This document shows, in pieces, positions 24,304-37,874 of a stretch of 64,000 nt of DNA; position 1 is the first letter of the stretch; every line of letters starts with the position of its first letter. The notes under the pieces were generated by a model. That model made no database searches, was not told the DNA's origin, and saw only the letters and a list, made by a program, of their open reading frames with translations. The DNA lies in NCBI GenBank assembly GCA_043228905.1, contig JBHGNT010000005.1:20026001-20090000 (forward strand), given 5' to 3'. The DNA is from Azolla caroliniana. Lineage: Eukaryota; Plantae; Polypodiophyta. Made by a program: the position numbers and the translations under genes.

Positions 24304-27300
24304 GTCCAGCCAAAATAGGAGCCGTTTGGTTGGACAGCCCTAGATCTGTGCAGCCCATTAGTGGTTCCATTCCCTCTAAGCAAGTTAGTGATGTGTTCGT
24401 AGCCCAAGTAATAGTTAGTACTAAAAGTACCCCTCCAGTACATGTCCTAGCACTCCTAGATTCCGGAGCTAACTCTTGCTTTATGGATAAGAAATTTGCT
24501 CAAGCTCATAAGATATCCCTAAGAAAACTCCAGTGTCCAGCCTCTGTAGTAGTCATTGATGGACGTCCCATTGCTTCCGGAAATATCCTAGAAGAGTCAG
24601 AGCCCATTAATATTGTCCTAGATAACTTAGTATGTGTAGTATCATTTAATATTATTAGTATCCCAGAACATCCTATAGTTTTAGGACTACCGTGGTTCGA
24701 GTTACATAACCCTGACATAGATTGGAGAACAAGAGAAATCCGGTGTCGACAAACCCAAGGGTCAACTCAGAAGATGGCAACCATTTCGCTACGTCAGTTG
24801 CGTAAAGAAGGGCACAAGGAGGAAATGTTCCTCTTTGCAATATTAGTAAACCCCTCCAACACCACTAAAGAAGAATCCACCGTTCAACTTCCCGAGAAGT
24901 ATCGCCATTACACCGATGTGTTCGATAAAGTACAAGCCAACACACTTCCTCATCATCGACCGTACGATTGCCCCATCGATTTACAACCGGGAAAAGAGCC
25001 GCCATGGGGACCGATCTACAATTTGTCACCAACCGAGCTGGAAGTCCTTCGGGCCTATATAGAGGAGAATTTGGAAAATGGTTTCATTCGGCATTCGAAA
25101 TCTCCAGCTGGTGCGCCCATTTTCTTCGTCAAGAAAAAAGATGGATCGCTTCGTCTCGTTGTAGATTACCGTGGCTTGAATAAGGTTACAATCAGGAATA
25201 GGTATGCTCTTCCCCTTATCTCAAGTCTTTTAGAACGGATCAATGGTGCCAGGTTCTTCACGAAGATCGACTTACGGGGAGCATATAACCTCGTACAGAT
25301 CCGACCAGGAGACGAATGGAAGACCGCGTTTCGCACCAGATATGGGCACTTCGAGTATATTGTCATGCCGTTCGGCCTCACTAATGCGCCGGCAGTCTTC
25401 CAGCACATGGCTAATGATATATTCCGAGATCTATTGGATGATTGTTTGATCATCTATTTGGATGATCTACTGGTTTATTCAAAGACCCAAGAAGAACATG
25501 ATTCTCATGTACTATTAGTACTAAAACGACTTCGAGAACATGGTCTGTATGCAAAGCTAGAAAAATGTAGTTTCGGGTGCAACCAAGTGGAATTTCTCGG
25601 CTACATCATTTCGTCAGAAGGCATCTCCATGGACCCAGCTAAGGTCAAAACGGTAGTAGAATGGCAGACTCCGCGTTCGGTACGGGATGTGCAATGCTTC
25701 TTAGGCTTTGCCAATTTTTACCGGAAGTTCATACAGGATTACTCAAAGATCGTTCTACCTCTCACACAACTTACCAGGAAGGGACAACCGTTCATCTGGT
25801 CTGAAGAAACGGACATGGCTTTCGAGAGTCTTAAAAAAGCATTTACATCGGCTCCAATTCTAGCTCATGTCGATCCGGAGAAACCATTCATTATCGAAGC
25901 TGACGCATCGGGTTTTGCATTGGGGAGCATTCTGTCACAACAGGGGAATGATGAAAAGCTACATCCTGTGGCTTTTCACTCACGCAAGTTTGATGCCGCC
26001 GAAATCAACTACGAAATCCATGATAAGGAGCTATTGGCAATAGTGGATTCTTTTATGCAATGGAGACATTTTTTGGAGGGATCCTCTCATCCAGTCACCG
26101 TATTTAGTGACCACAAGAATCTTGCCTACTTTCAGGATGCTCGTGTGTTGAATCGACGTCAAGCTCGGTGGGCCCACTTCCTCACGCGTTTCGACTTCAA
26201 AATTACATATCGTCCGGGGAGGCACCAAGGGAAGGCAGATGCATTATCACGGCGTTCGTATCTAGCACCCCGTCCCGGCGAGCCAACTTTCGATAACCAA
26301 AAACAAGTCATCTTGGGACCGGCACGATTACAAGCAACACAAATCTTTGACATGCCTATGGATTCCCGCGTTATCGATACCATACGTGAAGACTTGAAGA
26401 CAGATGCGTTCGCCCAAGCTATACTAGCACAAATTGATCCCTCTTGAGCGTCGTGTTCACAGTCGCAACCACCAGGTACGGACTATCGGCAATTCAAATA
26501 CCATGATGGATTACTCTTCTTTAAAGAACTTTTGTATGTTCCTAATGGTTCTTGCCGCCTTCGAGTAGTACAAAACTGTCATGACACATATACAGCTGGG
26601 CATTTTGGTAGTACTAAAACATTACATTTAGTACAACGATCATTCTGGTGGCCCTGTATGCGACAATTTGTCGAGGATTTCGTTCGAACTTGTGATACAT
26701 GTTGCAGAGCGAAAATGCCAAGGCATCATCCATATGGTTTATTAGAACCATTATCAATTCCAAGCAAGCCGTGGCAATCCATTGCTCTAGACTTCATCAC
26801 AGATCTTCCAGTCTCTAAGGGGTTCAATGCGATTCTAACGGTGGTCGATCGATATACGAAGATGGCTCATTTCTTGCCATGTACTAAGGAGATCTCCAGT
26901 GAAGACACTGCCGAAATTGTCATGCGTGAAGTATGTCGGCATCATGGACTCCCCGATAGTATCATCAGCGACCGTGGACCCCAGTTCGTGTCAAAATTCT
27001 GGATGCACCTTTTTAACATGCTCAAGGTCACTTGTAACCTCTCTTCCGGCTACCACCCACAAACTGACGGCCAAGCTGAACGAACAAATCAAACGTTGGA
27101 GCAGTATCTGCGGTGCTTTCTCAGCTATCATCAGGACGACTGGGCAGATATTCTCCACTTCGCCGAATTTGCCTATAACAACTCTATCCACGCATCCACT
27201 AAAGTAACGCCATTTTATGCTTATACGGGATGTCACCCCCGGTGGAGTGTACTTGAAACCCCAGAGGTGTCCACAAATCCGTGCGCGGAGGATCGTTTGG

Positions 27301-27887
27301 AGCGGTTACGCAAGATACAAGCGGATTTATCTACTCATCTCCAGCAAGCTCAACAAACACACAAGGTCTACGCGGATCGTCATCGACTTCCATCTAGTTT
27401 TAATATTGGAGATCGGGTGTGGTTGCTACGACGACACATCAAGACTACTCGCCCATGTGAGAAGTTGGATTATCGGCGATTAGGTCCTTTCCGTATTATT
27501 GGAAAGATTAATGATGTTGCTTTTCGTCTCGATCTACCTCCTCAACTTCGGATACATCTGGTGTTTCATAGTTCTCTCTTCGAACCCTACCACGAGAGCA
27601 CCATCCCAGAACGTCTTATCCAACCTCCACCCCCGATCGAGCTTGAAGATGGGCTGGAGTACGAGGTTGCCTCCATTCTTGATTCCAAGATTGTTCGCAA
27701 CAAGCTCTACTATCTAGTCGATTGGCTAGGCTATAGTCCCAGCGAACGTACTTGGGAACCGATCGAGAATGTAACCAATGCTCGTGCTCTTCTTGAAGAC
27801 TTCCATCGTCAATATCCACACAAACCGGGTCCTCAATCCAAGACGACTCGTGACACTCGTCGTTTTAAAGGGGGGATAGTGTCATGA
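24291..27887 (+). pseudogene. pol: Chromovirus Pol (PR-RT-RNase H-IN-chromodomain) with one premature stop
   Basis: Protease LLDSGA, RT YLDD, RNase H EADAS/YEIHDKELLAI, integrase HHCC plus DFIT/SDRG/QAE, GPF motif, chromodomain EYEVASILD...YLVDWLGY...TWEP. ORFs 24330-26447 and 26532-27887 are in the same frame, separated by a single TGA (26445-26447). Pol is in the -1 frame relative to gag. Confidence 0.92.
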
Positions 27888-28174
27888 TATGGCAAGACTC
27901 GAACCCATGATCTTAGGTTATATGGGTCGAGCTCTTGACCATTAGACCATCTATTGTAATACGTAGGATATTATTTTCATTTACATTTTATTATAGGAAA
28001 TTAGTGTATATTCCAGATTTCTCTGGAACATTCTAGAAGCTTCAGGATTACTCCTGAAAACACTATAAAAGAGGGCACTAGGCATTATGTTGAACCAAAT
28101 TGGTTCAACGCCAGTCTTAAGCCTTTTAGCCACCGTTGTATATTCTCTTCATATAATAAATATCTTTCTTATCA

Positions 28175-28216
<42 letters not shown>

Positions 28217-29911
28217 TGTCTCGCTCACTTCTTCCTTCTCTCGAAGAAGTTCCACACCTCTCATAGTACTAATCCTTCGTTTAGTACTAATTCTTTCTCT
28301 GTGTCAGTATTGTTCATGACACCCACGTTATCTATGTAGATTTTTTTGTTTTTGATGTGTTTGATTCTCAACCATTGCAAGCCAATCTTTGAAGAGAATA
28401 AACACATTATCTTTGGTCCTCATTTGATAGACCCACACCTTCCTAGTAGCACCATCAATCAATGTGATGAAGTATGAGGTGCCATCAAAACAGTAATACG
28501 TCATACGTCTACTGATAACAAATGGACCACATTGAGAGGCTTTGATTTTCTTGGTGTGGTACCTAGCAAAAGTGAGGGTCATTGTTGTAGAATACTTCGC
28601 ATACAATATGCGTAGAATATGTATGCTAAGTATTCTAACTTTAAAAAAAAACTTAGAATACATATTTTATAGATAAAATACGTCAAATACCTAGAATACA
28701 TGTAGAATACTTTAAATACGTAGAATATTTGTAAAATACATTAAATGCTTCTTAAATTTTAAAGTTTTTTTAAAGGTTTTTTGAAATGATAAACACTTGT
28801 TAATTACGTTAAATACATCAAATTTGAAAAATTGAAAAATGCCAGTTCTAAAATGTATGTGTATAATACTTCAGAGTATCGTAAAACATATTCTAAATGT
28901 AGAATACACGTTTTTTGACAACTATGGTGAGGGTGGTGCATGTTTGCCATATTGGTAATGCTTATAGAACTAATGGTTGGAATATGAGAGCTGGGAATTG
29001 TAGTCAACCTTAGGGAATTGCATGATGTTGATCTTGCTCAAGTATGCAAACCTCCCATGCCATAATGAGCATATCAAAATATCAACAAGAATGTAGTTCA
29101 CTCTCCTATTGATAAACATATAGAAGATAGGGAATAGATACCTTGGATCCTCAACCGAATAGGGGGTCTCCTTTGATCACCTTCATGATAAGAAGCATGT
29201 TAGATTGGAAACCAACTTCGTCAAATTATCTTACTGAGATAAGAGATCATGTTAGATTGTGGACATGCTAGACATAATGTAAAGTTAGAGTAAAACCATC
29301 AGATAGGTTAAGTTTTACCTTTCAAATGCCAATCACAACACAAATTTGTGAGTTGCCAACTAAAACTGGCTCGAAATCCCTATCAAGTACTACCAAAAGT
29401 AAGATCGAAATGGAGTGACATGATAGAAAACTCCGGAGTCAAGAAGCCAACTAGTAGCTTCATCCATACTTTAAAGTAGAATATTTGCTTGAAATACTTT
29501 GTCTAGAGTGAGGATGTTCACATCGATTGTGGAATCATCCTTGGTCACTTTGACAAATTTCCTTGACTGGCTAGTGTCGTCGATAGAGGTTGATGGAACA
29601 TGGTTAAGTTCTTCCTCCTATTTGCCTTGGTTGTTAGATTGCCCATATCTTTGGGGTTTTTCATTCTTAACCTTCAAGGCTCAACATTCACATTTAATGT
29701 CTTCGGGCTTCTTACAATTGTTGCTAGTTTGAGAGTCTTGCCACTTACTTTGGCTCCTAGGTGGTTGGGCTTTGAGAGGAGCCTTGACTTTTGTTGTGTT
29801 GTTGTTGATCAATCAAAGTTCGCACGTTGTAGGCATCACGTACTACATTCTCTGCAAAAACTTGAATCCTCATATGCACTCCCCACATCACAACAATGTT
29901 GTAGGCATCAC

Positions 29912-30260
29912 CTATTGAGTTCTATGCAAACTTCTTGCATTGAGCATCATCAAATAAGATGACATCCATAATTGTAGCATAAGCCATGTTGGTTGTGCTC
30001 AAATTGCAGGTGGTTGTCGTGAATGTTTCCCATGAAATTGTTAGAGTGCTCATAAAAAATAGAGCACACAATTCTCCATTGTGTGCTCTATTGAGTTCTA
30101 TGCAAACTTCTTGCATTGAGCATCTTCAAATACAATGACATCCATAACTGTAGCATAAGCCATGTTGGTTGTGCTTGAATTGCAGGTGGTTGTCGTGAAT
30201 GTTTCCCATGAAATTGTTAGAGTGCTCATAAAAAATAGAGCACACAATTCTTCATTGTCT
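29912..30260. repeat. Tandem duplication (period 176 bp) within the Copia gag
   Basis: CTATTGAGTTCTATGCAAACTTCTTGCATTGAGCATC...AATAGAGCACACAATTCT starts at 29912 and again at 30088. Confidence 0.9.
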
Positions 30261-31513
30261 TCCATTCCATGAGATGACAACTAGGAAACAATATCCTCGT
30301 AAGAATTCAACTGCACAGGAACCAAGTCAGATTCTTTCATCCAAAGCTTGTAAAGCCCTTGAATGAGGTATATCTTTGTCGATGCAACTTTCTTCTCATA
30401 TGTGTTTGTCAATGTCTAGCATAAATTTTAGGCTATCATACATGAGTATATAGTGAAATACATTGATTTTGAGAGGTGCATCCAAAAGGTCGATCTAGTT
30501 AACCAATCAAGTTTGAACCATTGTGTGGCTTCATACTCAACATATGTCGATTCATGTTCAATTGGATCTATTTATGACGAGATAATTTTGCATCTGCTCT
30601 ATCTAGAAGCTAAAGCTCTATGCATTTAACTTTGTTAGACACATGGTCATCGATTTTGATGCCAATGCCATTTTGGAAAATGTGTGAATAACTCTTTTTT
30701 TGTTTTTATCAAACCAAAGGTCGATCAAGCGTAAAGCTCAAGGCAAGACCAAAGCTCGAGGCAAAAATCTTGAACCTAAAACAAATTAAGTCCATCGAGG
30801 TCTAAAGATTGATCGAGTGCTAACGCTTTTGTCAGCAAAGAGTTGATGAAACACTAACAAAGCTTGAGTAGACTTAAGATCCAACAAGCATTAAAGGTAG
30901 AGTGCAAAACTTGAGTCGACTAAAGGATGATCAAGCACTAAAGTTCAATTAGAAAGTTGGAATCAAGTGCTAACGGTCGATGAAGCACTAAAGCTCAAAC
31001 CTAATTCTTTATCACAAAATGGCATAAAACAAAAAAGAAGTTGCAATAGGAAATGACGCAACAATAGCTACAAGAACAATATCAAATGGTAGAATGCTCA
31101 AGATGTATGTAGAAGTTGAGAAAACTTCGCCAAATCCTAAAATGTTCGCTCAATCCTAAATCCCTCTCTAAACCTAAAAATCTTCACTCTATACTAAATG
31201 TTGGAATTGATGGGTAGCTAATGATTAGTAGAAGATGATTGTGGAATGTTTAACACAAAATGTGAAGAATTAGAACCACAAATTGCAAGTAACCATTAAT
31301 TGAGAGAGTGAGTGAAACTGAGAGATGTTATTTAGGCACACAAAAATTACACTATATTTTAACAACTCTAAAAACATGGCAAGAAATATATATATGACTT
31401 AGGGTTAAGTTAATCCTTTTTTAAATTTACACTATAATTTAACTTTGGTAAATGGACATACATTATCTTTGACATGTTGCAAGAGCACACTTATGAAGTT
31501 TGAACATCAAGGT

Positions 31514-32034
31514 CTAACATATAAATGTTGTCAACGTGCTATTATCACCAAGTAGGATCATAAGATACAAACTTAGGGCTAATACATAACTTTCTATAAG
31601 CATCAAACATTACATTGTCTACATGGTAACAAGCAATTTTTTATTTGGAAAAAGGACCATTACACCCAAAACCTCACTTTTTTAAGGGCTAAGAAAGTCC
31701 CAAAAGTACACATGACGTAAAATATTGCATTGGGCCTCTAACATTCATTAAGAAGATAAAATTCAATGGAAACAATGCCTAACATATAAATGTTGTCAGC
31801 GTGTTATTATTGCCAAGTATGATCATAAGATATAAACTTAGGGCTAATACATAACTTTTTGTAAGCACCAAACATTACATTGTCTACGTGGTAACAAACC
31901 AATTTTTATCTTAAAAAAGGACCATTACACCAAAAACGTTAGGGCTAAGAAAGTCACAAAAGTACACATGATGTAAAATATTGCATTGGGCCTCTAGCAT
32001 TCATGAAGAAGATAAAATTAAATGTAAACAATGA
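31514..32034. repeat. Tandem duplication, about 260 bp x 2
   Basis: CTAACATATAAATGTTGTCA...AAGAAGATAAAATT..AATG.AAACAATG at about 31514-31777 and 31779-32034. Confidence 0.85.
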
Positions 32035-32800
32035 CAAAAAAAAGTTAGAAGCATGGATGTGGAGTGTAAGATGTCACACACAAGGGATCAACAACAAAGG
32101 ATGAGGAACATTGGGTTTGTGAGGACGGGTGACTTGAATTCGAAAGGGGAGGGCTATTGAATCTCATGTTAAAAGAATTCATAACGAGAGATTTTTCTGC
32201 ATGTTAATAATTTAAGATGGTAAAAGGATATTCGAAGAAGAAACACCTAGTACCTACACTTTTTGAGAATGCAACCACTATATATTCCCATCATTTGCCA
32301 TCGTTACCACCTATATTATCTCACACAAATATTTGGGATGTTGATAGAGCTACATGAATGAGGGCTCAAACAAAGATGCAATTTCATTTAATGCACACAT
32401 AACTAGCTTAACAAAAGAATTCCCATGGTTGTTTGGGGGTAGCAATCCTTAATGATGATCATTTCTATTGTAAGATGCCCTTGAAATCAAGATGTTTGCA
32501 TTTTGTTAATCATGACATATGTTAAGATTGCCAACCTTGTTGTCATAAAAACACACTAACACTAGGGGATGAGACCATATGAAAAAACTACTTATGGCAA
32601 CTCAATTGTAATTTTACTTTCACTTACAATAGATTCTCATTAAATGTAATAGCATGCATATAATGCATATAATCAATATTTTACAAGATGATACTTGCAT
32701 TGTTTTGTTGCATAAAAACCATAGCACGCTATATTAAAGAAAAAAACAAGTTTGTCATTGGATACTCAACAACTATTGGCGTTTTCCGGATTTCACAAAG

Positions 32801-35800
32801 CTAGCATATACCATAAGATTTCTTAAGGGAGATATTCTTCTTCCAAATACTCAAAGTTTGTAAGGCTATTTTTTCACTTCGTGGTGAGAAGGGAGTTTCG
32901 ACATTCTCATTTATGATCTTATCAACCTTGGTGGTTTTAATTGTGAGCGATGATGGTTGAGCATCCAAGTATTCGAGAACCCTTTCAATGTCCTTTATCA
33001 ATCTTTGTGCTAATGTGCAGCTAAAATCTTCTCTTATCACAACCCTTAACAAATGTATGTGTTCTGCATCAGGTGCCATTGTGTATGCTGGTACAATCCA
33101 TCCAAACCTGACATATGATTCATTCATGTAAGTTTAGATTCTTGCATATCACATGTTTTCCCCTTTTCTATTGAATATAATATTTTACACATGTATAGAA
33201 CTTTTTTATCGAACAAACAAAATAGGCCATAAATGGTCCTGACTTCACTTATAGAAGTTCCTTGGACATGAAAATTGCATGAAGTTGAGGAATTCAAAGT
33301 TTTAACCAAGGACAAAACCAATGCCCCTTGATACCTCCTACTTATTATTAAGTTCAATCCAAATAATTAAATTTCTAGATTTTCTCTCTATTGAGTGCAT
33401 TTACATAAGAAGAAGTAGAATAATATTTAAAAGGATTAGAGGAAGAAGAAGATTTCTCCAATGTCGTCCTTTACACAAAAGGAAGAACAAGACTACATTT
33501 TCTATTGTTTGTCTTGCTCTCTTCATAGTAAGGTTGTTTTGGAGTAAAGATGATATGCCTTGAGATAGGAGTGATCCCATGTATTTATCACAAAGAATGT
33601 AATAGTATTTTTAGGGTTATTATTGAACTATAAATAGGAGTTCGTATACAATGGTAAGAATACATTTTCCACTACCAATCGGAGTATTTACTCTCACTCA
33701 CTCAGTCATTCTCTCTTGTTCTCACTTTCACTCTTGACACCTTTGATCATCTCAATCTAATACACTAAATTTGATGCGATAATGTGATGACGCCCCTAAA
33801 ATGTGGCATTGTTGGCACTAAGTTTCATTGAGTTGGTTTAAACTGGACATTCGATTGGGGTATATTTAATAACGGTGAATAAAATGATCAATTTGAGATA
33901 TGTAAGTGCATTTAAGTCAATAGAAAAATGAATCTAATATTGAGATCCTCACTCCTTCCAAAACTTTGATTGCATGTGCATTGTTTACACGTAAAACTTC
34001 TTTTGCTACACTTGAATGCTTTCAAACTATATACATTTACATTTAAAGGAACATACCTCCGCAATTGATCAGCGATCTCATATTCGTTATGTTTACTCCT
34101 ATCCAATAGAGAGAAAGCAACCAATGGAACTCCAACATTCTTTGATAGAATCTTGAACTTCCCCGTTGCCATTATCCCATTTGCAAGCACCTTGGCATTA
34201 GATTGACAATTCTCCATGATGCTCTTGTATCCCTTCACATAGTTTTCCATGCAAAAGAATGCTTCAAATTTGGATATGGACAAACCTTGAACTTCAAATT
34301 TCTTAGATACATTTAAGTAGTTATACCTCAAATCCTAGTCGAATTAGTTGATAGTATTGTGCAATGACTTGGCTAGCTCCTATCATTTGGATGTCCAATT
34401 TAGAGAGGAAAGATACTCCACACAAGAGGTGAAAGAAAACAAATGGAAGTTCATGTTACCTTTAGAAAAGTTCAATGTGAATGTAGGTTGGTCAGCTCCA
34501 AGATAGTTCACATGGAAAATGAGCTCCTCAGGTAAGTCTAGTTTGCTCCTCCAAACCACCCAACCAATTCCAGCGTATACAAGGCCATACTTGTGTCCAC
34601 TCACATTGATACTCCTAACACATGAGAGCCTAAAATCCCATTCTATCTCTGGATATAGGAAGGGTGCAATAAATCCACCACTAGCGGCATCCACGTGTAT
34701 CGGAGTGTCCCACCTAATTTGAACCTTGGAGTTAGCTCTTGAACTTCACACCTTAAGACGATATACTTTGTACTAAATCAAACAAAACTAGGTTGATGTG
34801 TGTTTGTGTTGGTGGTTGGTTCTATTCAATGATGTGGGCCTTACAAAAAATAGGCACGAAGGGGATCCATCCTCATTCTTGTAGATTGAATGTGTACATA
34901 ACCGAGGTTGCAAGTGTCAACAATGTCCTAGGTATGAATGGGCTTGCTTCTAAAGAGGGAGTCATATTTCACTTCTTGGCATCTGCCTTATTTCTCTATT
35001 GTGAATGATCTAATAAAATTGTGATACAAGTTGGTCTACAAAATGCTAACACAAGCTCGAGGGATAAATCTAGTCAACCATTAGAGAGAGTAATGGTAGA
35101 TCAATGCATGTTGTCCTTTCACACTAGTTGTTGACTAGCTTACCCTGTCTCCTTGTTCTTTTCTTCAAGGAGTTCATTCAATCGCTTGACATCTTCAAAC
35201 TCTCCATTATATGTTGAGCCCAAGATTGCACACACACAAATTGTGTTCTCATCAACAAGCTCCACGGCTTTCGCTGGATCCATGACATAGTTATCCTCAC
35301 TAAGTTTTACATCCTTCAACTCCACTTCAAAATACCTTGCGAATTTCTCCCAACAAACCTATGACCATCCACAAAGTATGTAGAGAGAAATTAACCACCA
35401 GAAAATAGTTGTAAATTAAAAAAATGCCTTGACTATGTTCTCGAAGAAATTGATCAAGAATTTGGAAGTCTAGTTTTTCAAATCGAGTTAATGCATTCTG
35501 AAAACATCTAAGTGTGAGGATTTGAACGTTGAAGGGTGAGAGATTATTATCCATACTCATAGGGAATGTCTATGTCTAATATTGTGTACCTGGACATTGG
35601 CACCTGTGACAATGTTGGGTTTGTCATATGGCAACCCTTGCTCCTTCCGCTTGTTTTGCCATTTGCGCTTGAAGGCGAGGCCTGCCAACATGATGGCCTC
35701 CGATGAGCCAACCGTCCCCGCGCCCACCGCCTGCTCCTTGTCACTCAACGGTGCGTTGAATAAGCGCGCAATCATGTTCACGCACCGGTCCTACGTTAGT

Positions 35801-37843
35801 GTTACACAAACTTGGATTTAGTACTTGGGCCCGAGCTTTTGTCGTGAGGCAACAATGCATTACATCCGACAACATCGTTGCCTTTCATTGATTCTCAAAA
35901 AGTGCAAGAGAAACTCATTGTGAAGGTAAATACAAAATCTTTTGGAAACAAACTCCCAATAATAAAGGAATTCAATAAAAAAAAGTTTATGAGAAGAGAC
36001 AAGATAACAAAAACTTTTTGTGAGAATCTTGAAGAAACAACTTATGTTTTGTTATGGGTATGTGTGTATAAGTCCACCTGAAGCTCGGTGGTGATGGGAT
36101 ATTCATCCATGTCAATATAATTCTTATTCAATGACTCCATGATGAGCTTGTTGCATTCCGGCTCCATCCAAGTTGTCACAAATGATGCAAGATTGAGGCG
36201 AGGATTCCCATCCAACATTAGTTCATCACTAATTATTTGATATGCGGCATCTTTCGAGATTTGATGCTCAGGCATTCGGAACCTGCAACACGTGACAAGC
36301 TTGTTTTCTCTCTCATAACCAATGTCACCAAACCTATTTCCTCCTCATCACTATCTCGATGCCCCGAGATGATAATTAGTCATTACATTAGCATTGGATA
36401 GTTTGGAAAATCATCACCTGCCGATATCTCACATTGTATTCCAATGACATATTTAAGTCGAAAACGTAAAGCAATGTCAACAACTTGTTTTGTAACTCAA
36501 TTTACTAATGACCAAAAATTTGAACATGAGGAATTTATTAATTATGAGAGACCAAATAAGACGGGCAATCGAATGAGTATATATATCCTAAGGTTGTTCA
36601 AATCTAATTTCAAGTGAACACCCATATCACGACTTGTCTCTTGGCTCACATATCTAGCACCAAGCATATTGTGGCTTGGCCCAATTGTCCATGAACATGA
36701 CACCTAGTGTCCCCTAAGCACAAGAATTAAACACAAAGATCATGACTCATCTCAAGGCAATGAGATCTAGGCATCAATTATGCTAATCCCATGAATTAAG
36801 AGATCCAAACCCACAATTTAAATTGTAGATTGCCTAGATGGGGTTTCATGGGTAAGTTTCATTGAATTTCTAGGAGTAAAGCATTATTCACGAAAAAAAG
36901 GGATAAAAACGAGATATTTGCAATGGTCCATGAGTTCTTTTAGATGGGGGTAAACTACTCCTCTTGGAGTCTTTCTTTCTTTTTAAGAAATGCGAGCAAG
37001 TTTTCCCAAGGGCATGTCCCGGGATTTTAAAAAAACGGAGTGTCATTTTAAAAAATCAAAGAAACTCCGAGGGGAATATTTTCAGAGGGTTTCTCGGGGG
37101 CATCTTGGGGAATATACCAAAAACCACTTCTTAGGGGTATCTCGGGGAAAACCAAAAGCTGCTTCTCGGGGATATCTCCGAGAAATACCAAAAACCACTT
37201 CTCGGGGGCATCTCGGAGAATACCAAAAACCGCTTCTCGGGGAAATCTCCGAGAATACCTAAAACCGCTTCTCGGGGGGATCTACAGGAATACCAAAAAC
37301 TGCTTCTCGGGGGAATCTCCGAGAATACCTAAAACCGCTTCTCGGGGGGCATCTCTAGGAATACCATAAACTTCCCGGAGTGGCATCGAAGGAGATACCC
37401 GAAAACTCCATAGTGCCATTTTGGAGAGATTGAAGAAAAACTCTGGCATCGAATTCTCGGAGATTTTCCCCCTCCAAAGGCTGGAATTTGCGGGAGATTA
37501 TCGGGGAAACCCGTGTGGTGGCATTTCGAGGAAAAAACAATTCAAAGAAAAACTTGAGAGAGGAGGAATCCGGAGATTTCCCCGGGAAACATACGAACGA
37601 ATGATTGGGACTCATCCATTTCGCAAACTATTATGCAAAATTAATCAGGATTTGTTATGTAAAGATTTCAGATCTGCAATGGAATGATTCAAATTGCTAA
37701 GCAATTTAAAAAAAAAAAAAAAACTCTTATGCAAATTGATTGAAGTGAAGCCCAGATTCATTGGCTAGAACATTTGATTGAATATGATGGAATTGATTAA
37801 AGGTCAGGGTTTGTGCATTGTAGAACAATTTAACTGTAGTTAA

Positions 37844-37874
<31 letters not shown>

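Larger units (their letters stand above)
22626..28321 (+). mobile_element. Ty3/Gypsy chromovirus (Tcn1-like), near-intact, 5696 bp
   Basis: LTRs at 22626-23077 and 27880-28321 (TGTCATGA...TCATGACA; about 4 substitutions plus a CT-repeat length difference). TSD CCCAC (22621-22625 and 28322-28326). PPT AAAGGGGGGATAG at 27867-27879. Gag and pol present with a C-terminal chromodomain. Inserted in the Copia integrase DNVGEY motif. Confidence 0.96.
12836..31474 (-). mobile_element. Old degenerate Ty1/Copia LTR retrotransposon, host of nested insertions
   Basis: Diverged direct repeats at 12836-13087 and 31199-31474 (TGTTGG...GAGAGAGTGAGTGA...TTTAGGCACACAAAAATTAC...TTTGACA), with a decayed tRNA-Met PBS next to the right LTR (about 31186-31196). 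Minus-strand remnants occur in Copia order: gag (about 29500-30550), protease WLLDSG (about 29430-29450), GAG-pre-integrase LWHGR (about 29050), integrase YFITLIDGATRKVWVY...DNVGEY (28327-28500, continuing at 22530-22620 and 15300-15830), RT GSLMCAMVTTRLDLVHVVGIVSKFM (14700-14866) and RNase H-like remnant (about 14300-14500). No TSD is visible. Confidence 0.8.
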
